64,000 nt of DNA from the human T2T-CHM13v2.0 reference genome, Homo sapiens (GCF_009914755.1 NC_060942.1), one strand, 5' to 3'; counted from the first letter of the stretch, positions 1-14,748 are shown. Numbers and translations are program-made. Notes: generated from the letters alone by a model not told the origin.

Positions 1-561
1 CTTGTGGAGAGTCTTCCCCGTGGATATACCTTCCAGAAGGCTAAAGAGTCTACCTTCTCTCTCCCTGTGTGGTTAGCTGATTTAAAGGAAGGTGCCAAAA
101 TGTACCTCAGGATTGGCCTTTTCAGCAGCGGGACTCAGAATGGGAAAAGGACAGTGGAGCAAACTCCTCTTCCATGGAGACTTGCCAGTTTGTTTGGGAA
201 GGGAAGGAGGGAAGAAATGGGAAAAAATAGGGCAGAATGTGCCGAATTCTTGGAGCTCTTCCATGAGGTAGGGGCTGCATCTTTCTGCAGGAGGGTGGGG
301 GTGGTGGTGGTAAGAAAGGATGCACTAGTAAAAAAATTCTAAAAACAAAAGCATGTAACACCTCACATTATTCAGTCTTATTTTTGTTCTTTTTTTTTTT
401 TTTAACATATTTTACTTTTCCATTACAGAAGTAATCGATGCTCATGTTAGAAAGCTGGGAAAATAGGAAAAATACATCCAAAGAATATATACTCAATCAC
501 AATGGTTAATATTTTATGGATTTCCTTTTCTTCTTTGTATGCATGAAGATTGGAGTGTTAT

Positions 562-851
562 AACTGGGCACGGTGGCTTATGCCTGTAATCCAGGCACTT
601 TGGGATTCCAAGGCTGGTGGATCACTTGAGCCCAGGAGTTTGAAACCAGCCTGGATAGCAGAAGGAGACCCTATCTCTACAGAAAAAAAAAAAAAAATAG
701 CTTGGTGTGGTGGCATGTGTCTGTGGTCCCAGCTACTCAGGAGGCTGAGATGGGAGGATCATTTGAGCCTGGGCGGATAAGGCTGCAGTGAGCCATGATG
801 GCACCACTGCTCCAACGTGGGTGACAGCGTGAGACCGTGTCTCAACTAAAA
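562..851 (+). mobile_element. Alu (AluJ-like)
   Basis: Dimeric Alu with GGATCACTTGAGCCCAGGAG and a central A-tract; degenerate TSD gaagatt(g/t)gagtgtt. Confidence 0.9.
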
Positions 852-1204
852 GAAGATTTGAGTGTTTAATAATGTGATGTTGCTTTTTACTTATTTTATT
901 TAATTATGTGATGTTGCTTTTTACTTATACTTGCTTTTTACTTATTTTATGAGAAACATTTTACAAGTTAGGACATAGCTTGGGTAAATGACTGTGTACG
1001 CTGAGTTCTAGGACCATGACAGGTATTTGTGTTTTAGTTATTATTTTGGTATATTAAATAATGCTTCAGTGAACACCTTTGCTTCCTTTTTTATTTTGTT
1101 TAAACTTAGAGCTATTTCCTTAGAATAGGTTTCCCAAATCATGATGACTGGGAAAGGGCTTGAAGAGGACTTCGAGGCTCTTAGTATAAACACATACGTG
1201 CTCA

Positions 1205-1410
1205 CCCACCCTGGCTAGAAGTGGGCTCTGCTACTTAGGCAGTGATGGAGATTTTGGTCACATCCCTTCACTTCTCAGAGCCTCAGTTTTTTCTTCTTCC
1301 AAATGGAGGTAAAAATACCCACTGCATATGGCTTTTCTATTAATAATACCTATAAAGTCCCTCTGGAGAACTTGGCACACAGTGAGCGCTAAATACATGG
1401 TAACTTTACA
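1205..1410 (+). mobile_element. MIR SINE fragment
   Basis: Core motif cttctcagagcctcagtttt...aaatggaggtaaaaatac...tggcacacagtgagcgctaaata. Confidence 0.7.
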
Positions 1411-1429
1411 AAATAATTATAGTTCTAGA

Positions 1430-2190
1430 TAGCCTTATTACAGGTTTCTACCAGTTTGCCCTACCACCAGCAATGCATGAAGTTATTTAACCTCTCTAGT
1501 GTTTGATACATATTCATTTCTTTTTAAAATACCTTTGCCAATTTGAGTGAAAACACTACCTTATTATTATTTTAATTTGCATTTGTTTTATTATAGTGAG
1601 AGTGAAAAATTTTGCATGCTATTATAAACAAGTTTGTTGTCTCTCATATAAAATGCCTTTTTTCTATTGGCATTTAATATTGTCTTACTAGTTTGTATTA
1701 ACTATTTAAAGAAATTATTCTTTAACATATTTGTTGTCATAGATCCACTTATCTAGTATAATTTTATATCAAACTTTCATATGCTGCATTCAAATGCTGC
1801 ATACAGATTTCTCATTAGGATGAGAAATGTGATTATAATTGTAATCTCTTTGTAATAAATTCTGTGAATTTTTTTATTGTATCTATAATTTTACTTGCAA
1901 ATTATGACAATATGTATTTCCAACAATTTTGTATCTTATCATTTTTCATATCTTATTAAATTTGCCTGAAATTCTATAGCAGTGTTAAATAATCCATGGG
2001 TTTAATGAGCATCATTTAAAAATTATTTCTGATTAGTAGGAATATCTCTAGTGTTTTACCATTAAATAGACTATGAATCTGTTATTTCTCAAAATATACT
2101 GCTTATTGTGTCAAGGATATGTCCAAATAATTTTTAAATTTTTTGAGTTATTACATATTTAGGAGCATATTTTTTCTCAGAATAATGTGG
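1430..2190 (-). mobile_element. Degraded old L1 (L1M/L1ME-like) fragments
   Basis: T-rich sequence with L1 3'-region-like phrases (ccaccagcaatgcatga, ttttaatttgcattt, gtgttttaccattaa). Confidence 0.5.
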
Positions 2191-2191
2191 T

Positions 2192-2517
<326 letters not shown>

Positions 2518-3690
2518 TAGTTTTCTTATTTGATCTTCTGTTGGATAGGATGCATTTTCTAATATTACATATATATTTGCATACTTAGAATTTGTGTTTA
2601 CTGTTTTCTGTTTTGCTCTTTCTAATCAACGTATTTCATGTAGAATGTTTCCTACAACCCACATATAAACTTTGTGTGTGTTTGTAATGCATAAAAAAAG
2701 AATGTAAGAAAATACATCAATATTTTAAGAATGGTTATCTTTAATTTATGGGAACATGAATTATTTTCACTTTATTCTTCTGTATTTTTCTAATTTTCTA
2801 AAATAAGCTGTTCTACTGTTACCAGCATAAAAAATGTTGTTTAGAAAAATGTCAATGCCCTGACAATTAGTTATGGGTGAAATATGATTAGGAGCTTAGA
2901 TGTGACTGGTGGAGTCCTTCTTCCTTTAGGGCATGTAACTTCTGTTTGTTCATTATCTATCAGTCAGATTATTTTGATAATAATGGAGTTGAAAAACTGA
3001 GTTTAATGTTTACTTAAAAAACATAGCTAGTGTTTTCTGTTTGGAGAATAATGATGGTATATGGTGACTATATATTTTCCTAAACTAAGAATTTAGGATT
3101 TGGTATGTGACGAATGTGTGATATCATGTATTTTCATGATACCTGATGTTTTTACTTGAAAATCTTTAAAGGGAATTACTCATAATATTTAACTATGCAT
3201 TTATTGCTGACCTATTGGAATAAAATTGGATTAACCCAGGATGATCCCACAGAATCTAAGACTTGCTGACCACAGACTGGGGCACTGGACAGGTTGCTTT
3301 TGGAAACTTCGTTTGTCCTTGTGGCCCCAGTGGGAGGCCACAACCCAGACACCATCTCATGAATATCTTTGTCCTGTCTGGGACTACACACAGATATAGA
3401 AACAGAAAAACATGCATTTATACATCAAGGCACACAGAAACAACAATCACTGGATTGGTGCCTTAATTGCATCTTCCGGGAGCCTGGAATAGCCCTTGTT
3501 TCTTCTAGTGTTCGACACTTTCTCTCTGAAATGAGATTTAGTTAATTTCAGAGCTCAGGAATTCTCCTCAGATTTGATTCTTAACATACTGTGTACTTAA
3601 AGTATGAAAATCTTGATCAGCATTATGATCACTGAAGATTATATTTCTATATACATCTATAATGTCTCCTTTTTCTCTTGTTTTCTGTAG

Positions 3691-3785
3691 CTTTGGGCCA
3701 GATTATGTTGTATGTGGATGGAATGAATGGAGTAATAAACCGCAATGAAACCATTCAGTGGCTGTACACTCTCATTGGGTCAAAG
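3691..3785 (+). CDS. FHOD3: FHOD3 coding exon (probably exon 6), 95 nt, GBD/FH3 region
   Basis: Acceptor ttttctcttgttttctgtag|CT, donor AAG|gtaagg. Enters in phase 1 and encodes (A)[31 protein letters not shown]. Confidence 0.96.
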
Positions 3786-4060
3786 GTAAGGGGAAGTTAT
3801 GGTTGACTGTTTTGTTCACTTGTCATATCACTTGCCTTTCTTTTTTCTCTGAGTCAGTTTTGCAGAAAGAAATTTTATTCAGCTTTTTTCAAGCCGTTAC
3901 AGTATAAATGAGGATTACTACTCTACAAATTTTAAGATACACTTAAATTGCAAATAGCTCATGAAATTTTAATGCATTTCTCTTTTCTCTTCTCTTAAGC
4001 TTTAATCAAGTGCCTTTGGAACCTTCGGTTTTTAATATTTAATCAAATGTTATACCATAG

Positions 4061-4385
<325 letters not shown>

Positions 4386-4537
4386 TCATGTTCGTGTGTA
4401 CATATATATTTATATGTTGTACATATGTATATGCATATTCCTATATGGATAAAGAATCCGAGATTACCTTTCAGCTCTAACATCAATTATAAAAGTAATC
4501 AATGTTTATTACGGATTTGCCAGGCACCAAACTAGGT

Positions 4538-4856
<319 letters not shown>

Positions 4857-5378
4857 TAAGCGTGATCTCATTTAATCCTCATGAGGCCACTGTCAGGTAA
4901 GTAATATAATTCCCATTTGGTAGTTGAGGAAATAGTGCTTGATTATGAAAGCCTAGCTGGTTTCCCCATGCATTTTGGCACATCACCACCAGCCACGCCT
5001 TGGCTGCCAGGTCCCTGAGGTCTCTGGAGGTCCTGCCAAGGAAGCAGATCTATTCCGTCACTTCAGGTGCGCCGAAAGCTGGGCAAGCCTCTGGCATAGT
5101 CTTCTCTGGTTTCTGCCGGGGTGTGGAGGAGCATGTGTTAGGGACCTGACTGCAGGGGGATTTGGGAGAAGTAGTGAAAGGGACCCTGTCCTGAGCAGGT
5201 GCACATGCACCAAGGTTAAAGTGCTGTACGGGTGGCACGTTATGGAGATCAGAGTGGCTGTAGTGGGCAACATGGTCAGATGGAGTGGGGGATCTTGAGG
5301 GCCTGGATACAGAATTTGAACCTGAATTAAACAGGTCACAGAATCAGCATAGCTTTGTAGGGTCCCTGAAAAGCATAT

Positions 5379-5738
5379 TGGATTAATCTGTTCTCACACC
5401 GCTAATAAAGACATACCTGAGACTGGGTAATTTATAAAGGAAAGAGGTTTAATGGACTCACAGTTCCACATGGCTGGGGAGGCCTCAAAATCATGGCGGA
5501 AGGCGGAGGAGGAGCAAAGGCACATCTTACATGGTGGCAGGCAAGAGAGTGTGTGCAGGGGAGCCACCCTTTATAAAACCATCAGATCTCAGAAGACTTA
5601 TTCACTATCATGAGAAAAGCATGGGAAAAACCCACCCTCATGATTCACTTACCTCCCACTGGGTCCCTCCCATGACATGTGGGAATTATTACAATTCAAG
5701 GTGAGATTTGGGTGGGGACAGAGAACCAAACCATATCA
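5379..5738 (-). mobile_element. THE1 (MaLR) solo LTR
   Basis: gctaataaagacatacctgagactgggtaatttataaagg...aattcaaggtgagatttgggtggggacag...ccaaaccatatca; 360 bp; TG...CA ends; 5-bp TSD catat/catgt. Confidence 0.9.
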
Positions 5739-6726
5739 CATGTGGTCTGCCCAGACTGTCCCCCATCCCTGTGTTCACTGCCCACCCCCACTAGAGTGAG
5801 CCTTTCCAGGCTGCTGTTCACAGTGCTGTGCTCTGCTGGGGAGTCCATCCCCTGGCCCTACCCCTGGAGTCACCTGCCTCCCAAGGATTCTGCTGTCCTT
5901 TGGGAGCACTCAGCCCTGGTTTGATTTGGGGAGGAGTATGGTTCTAGTTTTAGGCTGTATCTCCTTCTCAGGCTTCTCAGAATCCTGGTGATTGTGTCCT
6001 TGTGTGGTTGGAAGGGCTTTTTCTCTGTGGCTGGCACTGGCATGCGAATCCCCATGGGGTCCCATATCCGTGGGTGACCCTCACATCTTGCCCTCAGGTT
6101 TTCTTTTTCTAGTACTTATTGATGAGAGAATTTTTCCCCATTTCAGATTAGAAACAGCTATGCTTTCCCTCAGAAGATTGAAAATCTTTAAAAAAAAATG
6201 TTTGGCTTTGTTTTCTATGGAAAATGGAAGTGACTCTGTTTTGAAACTGATGTAGGTGACCTTGGACACTGAGTGAAATGCTGGGCTTTCTAGGTTGCAT
6301 CAGCCAGACCGAGGGAAGATTTATATCTCATATCCTGTTTCAGTTTTTTCTCCTTTTTCCTTGCTTGTGCTGGGAAGCCTCCCTAACTTTCATGTTCATT
6401 TGGAACCTGCTCCCTCCCCAAGGCACTCTGAATGGTCTCAAGGACATAAAAGCTAGGGAGATGGGAAGAGATTTTGCAAGAAAGATTGACTTTTTGTACA
6501 TGACACAGCTGAATTAAGATATCTTTATGGTTTTATGATGGCCATGATAAAACACCAACAACTTGCCCTATTTCTAAAAGGAAATAAAACCTAACATGCT
6601 TACAATAGAAAAACTGACAGTCTGTTAGCTCATCACCAGACAGAGAATAGAGTGAGGGCAAGGTTAGGGAAGGTGGGATGGGTATGGGGAAGAATCACTG
6701 TGAGCAGGGAGAGATTACATAGAGAA

Positions 6727-7097
6727 TGCTGTGGTCTGAATGTGCCTCCCTAAATTTTTGTGGTGTAAACGTGATCCCCAATGCAACAGTGTCAAGAGGT
6801 GTTTAGGTCATGAAAGCTCTGCTGTCATGAATGGATTAATGCCATTATAAGAAGGATTTGTGGAAGGAGTGCATTTGCTCTCTTTTGATTCTCTGCCATG
6901 TGAGGGCACAACCTTCCTGCCCTCCAGAAGATACAGCAACAGGCACCATCTTGGATGCAGAGAGACTGGGCCCTCACAGTCAGTGCCTTGATCTGGGACT
7001 TCCCAGCCTCCAGAACTGTGAGAAATAAATTTCTGTTCTTCATAAATTACCCAGTCTCAGGTATTTCTCTTTATAGCAGCAAAAATAGACTAAGAGA
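6727..7097 (+). mobile_element. MaLR solo LTR (MST/MLT1A-like)
   Basis: tgctgtggtctgaatgtg...ggacttcccagcctccagaactgtgagaaataaatttctg...tatagcagcaaaaatagactaaga. Confidence 0.85.
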
Positions 7098-9879
7098 GGA
7101 AAGGCACAAAGAAAAGAAGAGGGAGAGATAGAAAAGAGGGAGGAGAAGGACCACGGAGGAGGAAAAGAAGAAGAGCAGCAGAGAAAAAAAAAAACAGAAA
7201 TAACAGAAATGCATGCCATGGCTCAGAGTCTCTGATGTGGCAACAGCATCATATTGATATTACTTTGGAATCATTCTGTAAGGAAAATAAACAATCAGGA
7301 AAGAATAAACACACAGGAAAATCTTTATTGCATTTCTAAATAACATGGAAAAATTATAAAATTAAAAAGTTTCAAAAATACATTTGTAGGAATTGTGCTT
7401 TCCCAGCCTCCCCATCCTACACGGTGCACTCGGTGTGTGCTTCCTCAGTGGTGGTTCAGGACTCTGGGCTGCCTCTTCAGGGCCTCTGTCTAAGGTGGCA
7501 CACTCGCCTCCTCCCTAGCCATTTGGGCCGTCAGCACTGGATCTGTGTGGATTTCTGTCTTCATCTTTTATTTTCCCAAAGGCAGGTCTAGAATAGTCTC
7601 TGGCTCCTGTGTTCTGCACTGTGCTGGTCATAATGAGGACAAGAGAGTGGAGCCAAGAGTCAGCCTGTGCCTTGGAGTTCACTGTGTTGTTGGAAAGGAG
7701 AATTCTGGGGAACAGTGATGCCACAGCCCATCCCACTAACTGTGATGTCACATGAAGGTCTCCTGCCCCCCTGCAGGGTGTGCTCTGTTCTAGGCGAGTT
7801 GCTGAAAGTTAACAAAGGCAGTAGCTGCCAAGTTTATTTCCAGTCTACATAGTTCTAATGAGATCACCTCTTATTTACAAAACCAATAGAGTGTCTGCTG
7901 ATACTCTTCCCTCACCCCCATCTGAATAATGAGAAATTGAAAAGAACAACAGATACATCAACCCAAGACCCTTAGATTTTGAGAAGGAGGCCTCAGTCTC
8001 CTCCTTAAACATACAGTTTGGTCAATACAGCTGCAATGGGTTTTCCCCAATTCAAATTAAGAAATCAGCAAAGCCAGGGGCCCTAGCATTTCCTTTTGAC
8101 AAAGAGTCAGATTTATCTTAACCTGGAAAGGTTACCTTGACATCCAGTTGCCTTTGCCTTATACAGTCACAGAGTTGATAAAGGAAGTACTGGAGCAGAA
8201 ACATCTTGTCACTGTGTTTTCATAATTCATCATTTTTCTTCCATGAAAGGCAACAAGATGTGATTTTGCAGCCTGCCAGAGGCTCATTATGCAATGCATA
8301 TTTGCAGATATTTGAGACTCATAGCCAGGGGAGAAAATAATGCATTCGTAGCCAAATAATGACTTTTTAAAAGAAAGAAAAAAGTGTTTTCAATAAAGTG
8401 TTTCTTTCTATTTACAAGAGCCAATCTTTAAACTCTCCAGTCAGAGGTAAGAGGCAGATGCCAGGCCCATGACTTATCACAGGATGTGGATTTTTTTCTC
8501 TTCATACATCTGGAATTCTAATTAATTGGAGTAAGATGATTCAGTCTATACAGCATGGCCCTTTGTCACCCAGCACAGAGAGTCTGTCTCTTTATCTCTA
8601 TGGATCCTCTTTTGGCCCAAGGGGAAGGCCTCAGGGCCCTGAGCCTGGCAAACTCTCACCTCCTTGCTGCCTCTTAGGGGTGCCTCAGGGCGCTGGCATG
8701 GAAGCTTCCCTGTCTGCATTGCTCTCCAGGTTAGCTTGCCTTGCTCTGTCTAAGTTCCCATCAGCCCCATTGGATCTCATCCTTCCATCTGTGCCCCATA
8801 TTGCTGATCACAGGTCTCCAGACTTCCTTTCTACTTGTGTGAGGGTGTGCAGGCCTCCCTACTCCTATGTAGGCCTATCTGGAGGAGCCCTGGCCAAGGC
8901 CCTCCTTGCACGCACGTACACACACATACATACATGCTCGTGCTCATGCGCTCTCTCTTTCTCTGTCATATACATTAGAGAACCTATGAGCCCACCCGCC
9001 AGCCACCCCACCCCCAACACTGGGGACATTGCTGAAAGTTTGTTTAGGACTGCAAAATGAAGAAAAAATAAGTAACGTGGTGTGTAGAATGGAGTGGTGG
9101 AGGAGGGGAAATTGACAGGGATGGGAAAGCTGGGTGGGAAGGGTTAGCTCAGTATCACAGCTGTGAGGTGAGAGTAGCAGTGGAAACAGAATAATGAAAA
9201 AATAGAGACATTTTGAGGACTAGCCTTCTAGGAGGAGATTTCTGGATATAGGAAAATAAAAGGAATCAAAGGTTGGGGGTCACAGTTTGACTCTGCAGCT
9301 AGAAATATGGCAGTGCCAATGGCAGTAGAAGAGTTGGACATTGGGGTTTGTTGGCAAGAAAACTTTGGACACACTGGTTTGGAGATGAAGGAAATATTCC
9401 CAAAGAGAGCTAAGTGCCATGGAGCCTGGTGCTCCATGTGCCCCAGGAGACACTGGCTGATGGGCAAGGAGAGGAGATTCGGTGAGCCCTCTGGTCTTGG
9501 AGCCACTGGCATGTCACTGTTGTGTGATCTGCTCAGATGACCCAAATATGGGGGTGAGAGCTGAAGACCTTTGTAAGTTACGTAATGTAAATAATAGAAT
9601 CCTAGCCTTGAAGAGATGGCAATGTCATGTTAAAGGTGTTCCTGACATCATCAGTCCCATTCCTCATACTTCTAGATGCAGAGGGATCATCAAATCATTT
9701 GCCTAGGTTGCCCAGGAATACTGTTGCATGCTGGAATTGGTGGAAAGCCTTCCTTTTTCGGACATGCATTACCTGTCATTAACCAAATGCTTGTGCATTG
9801 TTTTGTTGAACAAGACACTCTGACTTGCTGTGGAAGCAAAGTATTTACAGGCAGTTACCATGTGAACCCTGTCCAAGCT

Positions 9880-10480
9880 AAACTTGATGGCTGCTACAGA
9901 TAGTACTTGGGGATATAATTTTCAGCTCCTCATCATACTGGTTACCAACTCTTCTGTTCATGTAGTACAAAGAATAGTAATATGGTAGCTGGGATGCGAT
10001 GTCATTCTTCCACAAATCCCACCTCTGATATATTACATCTTTTAGCAGCAGCCTTGGCTGTTGCCTCCGTTTGAACCGGTAATCCACTAAGCCTTCCGGA
10101 TTTTTGTCACACATTTTTATCTGCCAGTTTCTTCCATTCTGCGTGTCTGCGATTGATTGATTCACGTTTAAATTCAGGGCCTTGCATTTTTCCCCCATTG
10201 ATTGTGGGCCAGAGTTCCAGCCTCAAGATAATTAAGAATTCTGTTCTGCTTCTTTCTCTTATTAACTGTTAGTGCTAATTTTATTTAACAAAAAATGAAT
10301 AAGCAGATCTTCCATGCCATTGATGAAAATGTCTAGTGGGACAGAGACAAGGAATGCATAAACCAGTGCAGCCTGCAGGTTGACACTGATCAGTCAAGGC
10401 ATTTTAGGGTCATTGTACAATTAGTGGGAAGCCGTTGAACTCTGACCATCCAGCTGTGTTTCTTCATTGGGGTCACAAGG
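9880..10480 (-). mobile_element. CR1/L3 LINE fragment
   Basis: Minus-strand ORF 9878..10198 (EKCKALNL...NGRNW...KNPEGLVDYRFKRRQQ) resembles the degraded CR1 ORF2 motif KCKVLHLG...EKDLGVLVD..LNMSQQC. Confidence 0.55.
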
Positions 10481-11045
10481 CCTTCCTGGAATCACGATAT
10501 GCTGCATCTGACAGTCAGTGCCAGAGCTTTGGGGTCACACACGCCTGCACCATCCTTGGGGTGGGTTGCTTTTTCATCTACAAAATGGGAGTGATAATAG
10601 TGAAGAAGACGTAAAACACTAAGCAACAGGAGATGCCCAGTATGGTTTCCTGCCCCTGCCCTAGGAGTACAGGGTTTTATTCTTTTCCCTTCTCCTCCCC
10701 CACCTTGTTGACCTTCCCTGTGGCTTAAGGCTTTTGTCTCAAAGAGGAGAAGCCTCTGGCTGGGGTTTCCCCTCCTTTTCACAGTGCTGGCTGCTCCCTT
10801 CCTCCTTTAGGGTTGTTGCTGTTCTGCCTGCTGTGTGGCTGTGCACCGCTAGGCCTGCACTACTGGGAAAGTTTCTTAGGTCCCAGCCCTGCCCCCAGCT
10901 TCTTTGTGAGTGCCATGGAGAGCAGCCTACTGGTGGCTGCCAAATCCCTTTGTGTCTGCAGTTCCAAGGGGTTTATGCTCTCATGGTAGCCCACAGTTGA
11001 CATTTGACAATTTGCTAAAACTATTATCTGAGGTTTTATTGTTTA

Positions 11046-11368
11046 ATTATTATTATTATTATTATTACTATTATTATTATTTTGAGACGGAGTCTCACTC
11101 TGTCACCCAGGCTGGAGTATAGTGACACAGTCTCGGCTCACTGCAGCCTCAACAGCCCAGGCTCAAGCAATCCTCCTACCTCAGCCTCCTGAGTAGCTGG
11201 GACCACAGGGAACACACCACCACACCCAGCTAATTTTCTGTGTTTTGAATGGAGATGGGGTTTCACCATGTTGCCCAGTCTGGTCTCAAACTCCTGAGCT
11301 TAGGTGATTCTCCCACCTTGGCCTCCCAAAGTGCTAAGAATACAGGCGTGAGCCAGCATGCCCAGCCT
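11046..11368 (-). mobile_element. Alu (AluJ-like) with (TTA)n microsatellite tail
   Basis: Antisense Alu; tail ~11046-11081 is (TTA)n, the source of the poly-Tyr run in ORF 10910..11122. Confidence 0.9.
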
Positions 11369-11906
11369 GAGTTTTTCCTGCTGCTTTGTATAAATGGCTT
11401 CATTTTCCTCCCCTACCCTGCCTCAGATGATAGTCCATTGCTGGCCTCTCACCCTTTCTGGGTGGATAGAACACTCTCCCTCCCTAGATTTCAGGCTACT
11501 TGGTTTTCCTGCAACCCCAGGTATATGATGGGCTCAAGAAAAGTTATGGCGTGAAAGATTGTTTGTCTCTCTCTTATTATTAGGTTGGGAGTGACACTCG
11601 ACATCTTTCCAGCTGGAAGCCAGAAGTCCAATTGTTAATATTATAAAAACACTGTAAATATACTGCAATAGCATGAGATGTACTCAGCCAGCAAATTCTA
11701 TATGGTCCAGGCAAAGGGAGTTGCTAGAACATTATAGTTAGTTCCTTGAATTGCACTATTGTCTTAAATCCATCCTTGATATTGGATGTTGTGTTTATAA
11801 TTCCCACATTAATTGAATTGAAATATATTTCATTAATAGAAATTCAATTAAGACTAATTTTTTTATAATTCAGTTAATGATTACAGATTAAAGAAAAAAT
11901 ATGGCA

Positions 11907-12020
11907 ACTGGGCATGGTGGCCTGTAGTCCCAGCTATCGGGAGGCTGAGACAGGAAGATCCCTGGATCCCAGTTCATGATCAGCTTGAATAACACATAGA
12001 CCCCTTCTCAAAAAACTAAA
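11907..12020 (+). mobile_element. Alu monomer (FLAM/FAM-like)
   Basis: gggcatggtggcctgtagtcccagcta..gggaggctgag...ctcaaaaaa; single arm only. Confidence 0.7.
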
Positions 12021-13728
12021 ATAGCTAAAGTTTACTGGTATAATATGGAAATCTTGATAGTAAAAAATAACTTTTTAAAACATTTACTGAATTTTTTTGT
12101 GATTACAAAAATAACATACTCTGTTTGTATAAAACTTTAGAAATACAAAAAAAGTAAAATAAAAATTACCTAGAAACACTACCACATAAAGATCATCATT
12201 TTTTGGTACCTTTTCTTCTGATTTTTTAAATTTTTCTTACAAAATTAACTCTGAGTATATTATAAGCATTTCCTTTGTTACTACAAAATTTTTAAACTAC
12301 AATATTTAATGCCTACATAATATACAGTCATATGAATGTACTATTATTCATTCGACTTTTCTCATCTTGTTAATCGAATTGTTTCCAATGCTGTGCTGTG
12401 TTTAAAGAGCTTTGTTTCTAATGGCATAAAAATATGTTTAGTGAATGAGGTTGTGTTTGAATTTTTGCATGTTTATCAACATTATATTCGATGAGATTTC
12501 TAAAATTCCATGGGTTTTAATGGCATAGTCATGTAATATTTGTGTTGGAGTCATTGTGGGTATAAAGTGCCAGCTTCTTCATTAGGGCTGTTGCTCTTCT
12601 ACCGGCCACTTGGCTGTGCATACCCAGAACACTCATTCTCACTGATTTGATATGTTAGAGTCCCCCATGTGAGAATAATCTCAGTAGGAAAAAAAAGGGA
12701 AAAAGCAAGTTTTACTAGTTATTGTTTTAGGAAGACCTCAGAGTGAGAGAGAAGTGATTCAGGCCAGGCCTCAAAGAGGGCAGCAGGCTGAGGGGGCCCC
12801 ACTGTCCAGACAGGTCTCCAGACACAGGGCTAAACAGCAGTTTCTTCCATTCACTCTGAGATGATCATCTTCAGGGAGCTGATTGTGGTTCCTCAATTCT
12901 TAAGAGGCTTGCTGATAAACCAGAATTTTAACTTACAAAGACATTATTTTTGTGAACGCAAGAAGCAGAAACTAAGGGTGCACCTTTGACTCTTCTGCCC
13001 CTGTAGCCCAGGGCAACCAGATGAGTTTTAGCAGTTGGAGGAAGAGTAGAAGTGGGTGGCTCTAATCTGGAAGAACATTTAGGGAAATGCAGAAACACCA
13101 AAGTAGGCAGCATGCTGTTCCTTCCAGAGAGATGTTCTGCCCTTTTCTAGGAGAGTTGGATGAGCAAGAGTACCAGAAGCAGCACAGGCTTCTGGGAGCC
13201 TGCAGGGTTCTGCCACTCTCTACTCTAGCCCCCATCTGCCAGCCCTTCTCCCCCTACTCCAAAGAGATGTGAGCTGCCTGCCACACTCTTCTAACAGCAC
13301 ATTTGCCAAACCTGGGTTTTAGCTGTTCATTTTCATGTTTCCAGGGCTGGTTATTTACTTAAGAGAGTTCTTTCACCTTTATTGTTACTCAGAAGATAAT
13401 ATTTGTCACATTTTCCCAAGGCTTAAGTTTTTGCACCAGAGTGAAAGATGGGAACCTCCATAGTATAGTGGAAAGAATCAGATTGACCTGGGTTTTTCTT
13501 TAACTTCTTCCAGAAATGGGCTATGCGACAAGTTACATAGCCTCCTTAGAATGTGAAGTTTTGTATTTGAAAATGGGAATGCTGCCAACTGGAAAAGTAC
13601 CCAATCTTGTTGATTTCCCTCAACCACGAATTTCATTCTGCATATACTATCAAGATGCTCCTTCGGGCAATATCTTAGTGCAGGGATTTTGGTATTCCTT
13701 AGTAAACAATAAAAGATGTGCATGTTAC

Positions 13729-14018
13729 TTTTTTTTTTTTTGAGACAGAGTCTCACTCTGTCGCGCAGGCTGGAGTGCAGTGGCACGATCTCGGCTCACT
13801 GCAACCTCCTGCCGCCTCCTGGCTTCAAGTGATTCTCCTGCCTCAGCCACCTGAGTAGCTGGGATTACAGGCATGCGCCACCATGCCCAGCTAATTTTTG
13901 TGTTTTTAGTAGAGACAGATTCCACCATGTTGGTCAGGCTGAACTCCTGACCTCGTGATCCTCCCACCTCGGCCCCGCAAAGTGCTGGGATTACAGACAT
14001 GAGCCACCGTGCCTGGTC
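13729..14018 (-). mobile_element. Alu (AluS-like)
   Basis: Antisense Alu with poly(T) head and small internal deletions; flanking tgttac repeat. Confidence 0.9.
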
Positions 14019-14138
14019 GCGTGTTACATTTTGTCAATTATTCATAATTACCTTGAATATCTGAAGAGAAAGTTAGCCAAGTGGATGTTTTCTGACTCTT
14101 GCCCACTTTTATTAATGGTTCTTTAAAGAAGCTCTTAC

Positions 14139-14702
14139 TGACAAAGCCAGTCCCCAAAAAAGGGGGGTCTTTCCCTGATTGGTGCTGTGAAGCCAATACA
14201 CAAAACCAAAAGTGAGCACCAAGCAGTACAGGCTTTATTCGATGGCCATGGAATTGAGAAGTGGAAGCGTGGTTCACAAATCAGCTCCTCAGTTCGAGAG
14301 AGTGGGGAAGTCACAGATACAGGGCATCTTCAATGAAGGGGTTGGGGCATTAAAAGCAAGGGAAGGAATAGTCATGTCTTTTCTGGAGATGGTGGGGGGA
14401 ACTTCTCAAAGTAGAATGCCACCTTTCTTTTTGTCCTTTTATGGTTTCTTCTCATTGTTGTCATGGTGATTATCAACTGTCAGGGTGCTGGTGGAAGTGT
14501 CCTTTTGCATGAGAGTTAGATGATAATGAAGTTAGAAACTCTTCAGAGGCCAAGTGAGCGGCCACCCTGGATCCCAGCAGTCGGAGCCAGTTTAGTCAGG
14601 AGGGGGAACTTCTGACCTCAGGCATCGTATTTCCCAAAGGTAAGCAGAGTTAAGGTAGGATAGAAATTCACTTGGTCATGTAGGCGATTTCCGGGGTAAC
14701 AC
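14139..14702 (-). mobile_element. Probable ERV-class solo LTR (family not determined)
   Basis: About 560 bp with TG...CA ends, a minus-strand AATAAA (tttatt ~14234) and composition typical of MER4-group LTRs. Confidence 0.5.
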
Positions 14703-14748
14703 AACCTTCATCTAAGCCCCAGAATTTTATCTCAATAGAGAAAATGCC

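Noticed and set aside
4891-4902. CAG|GTAAGT as a recursive splice site
   Set aside because: No polypyrimidine tract upstream, and it sits in MIR-like sequence.
8536-9060. Longest ORF (174 aa, + strand)
   Set aside because: No recognisable domain, runs through a low-complexity CA/TA tract, no convincing exon structure; length is compatible with chance in 64 kb.
9542-9551. Perfect CArG box CCAAATATGG (others at 14435 and 39746; MEF2-like TTATTTATAG at 26733)
   Set aside because: Isolated 10-mers of this degeneracy are expected several times in 64 kb. There is no clustering, and two lie in repeats; ChIP or conservation data would be needed.
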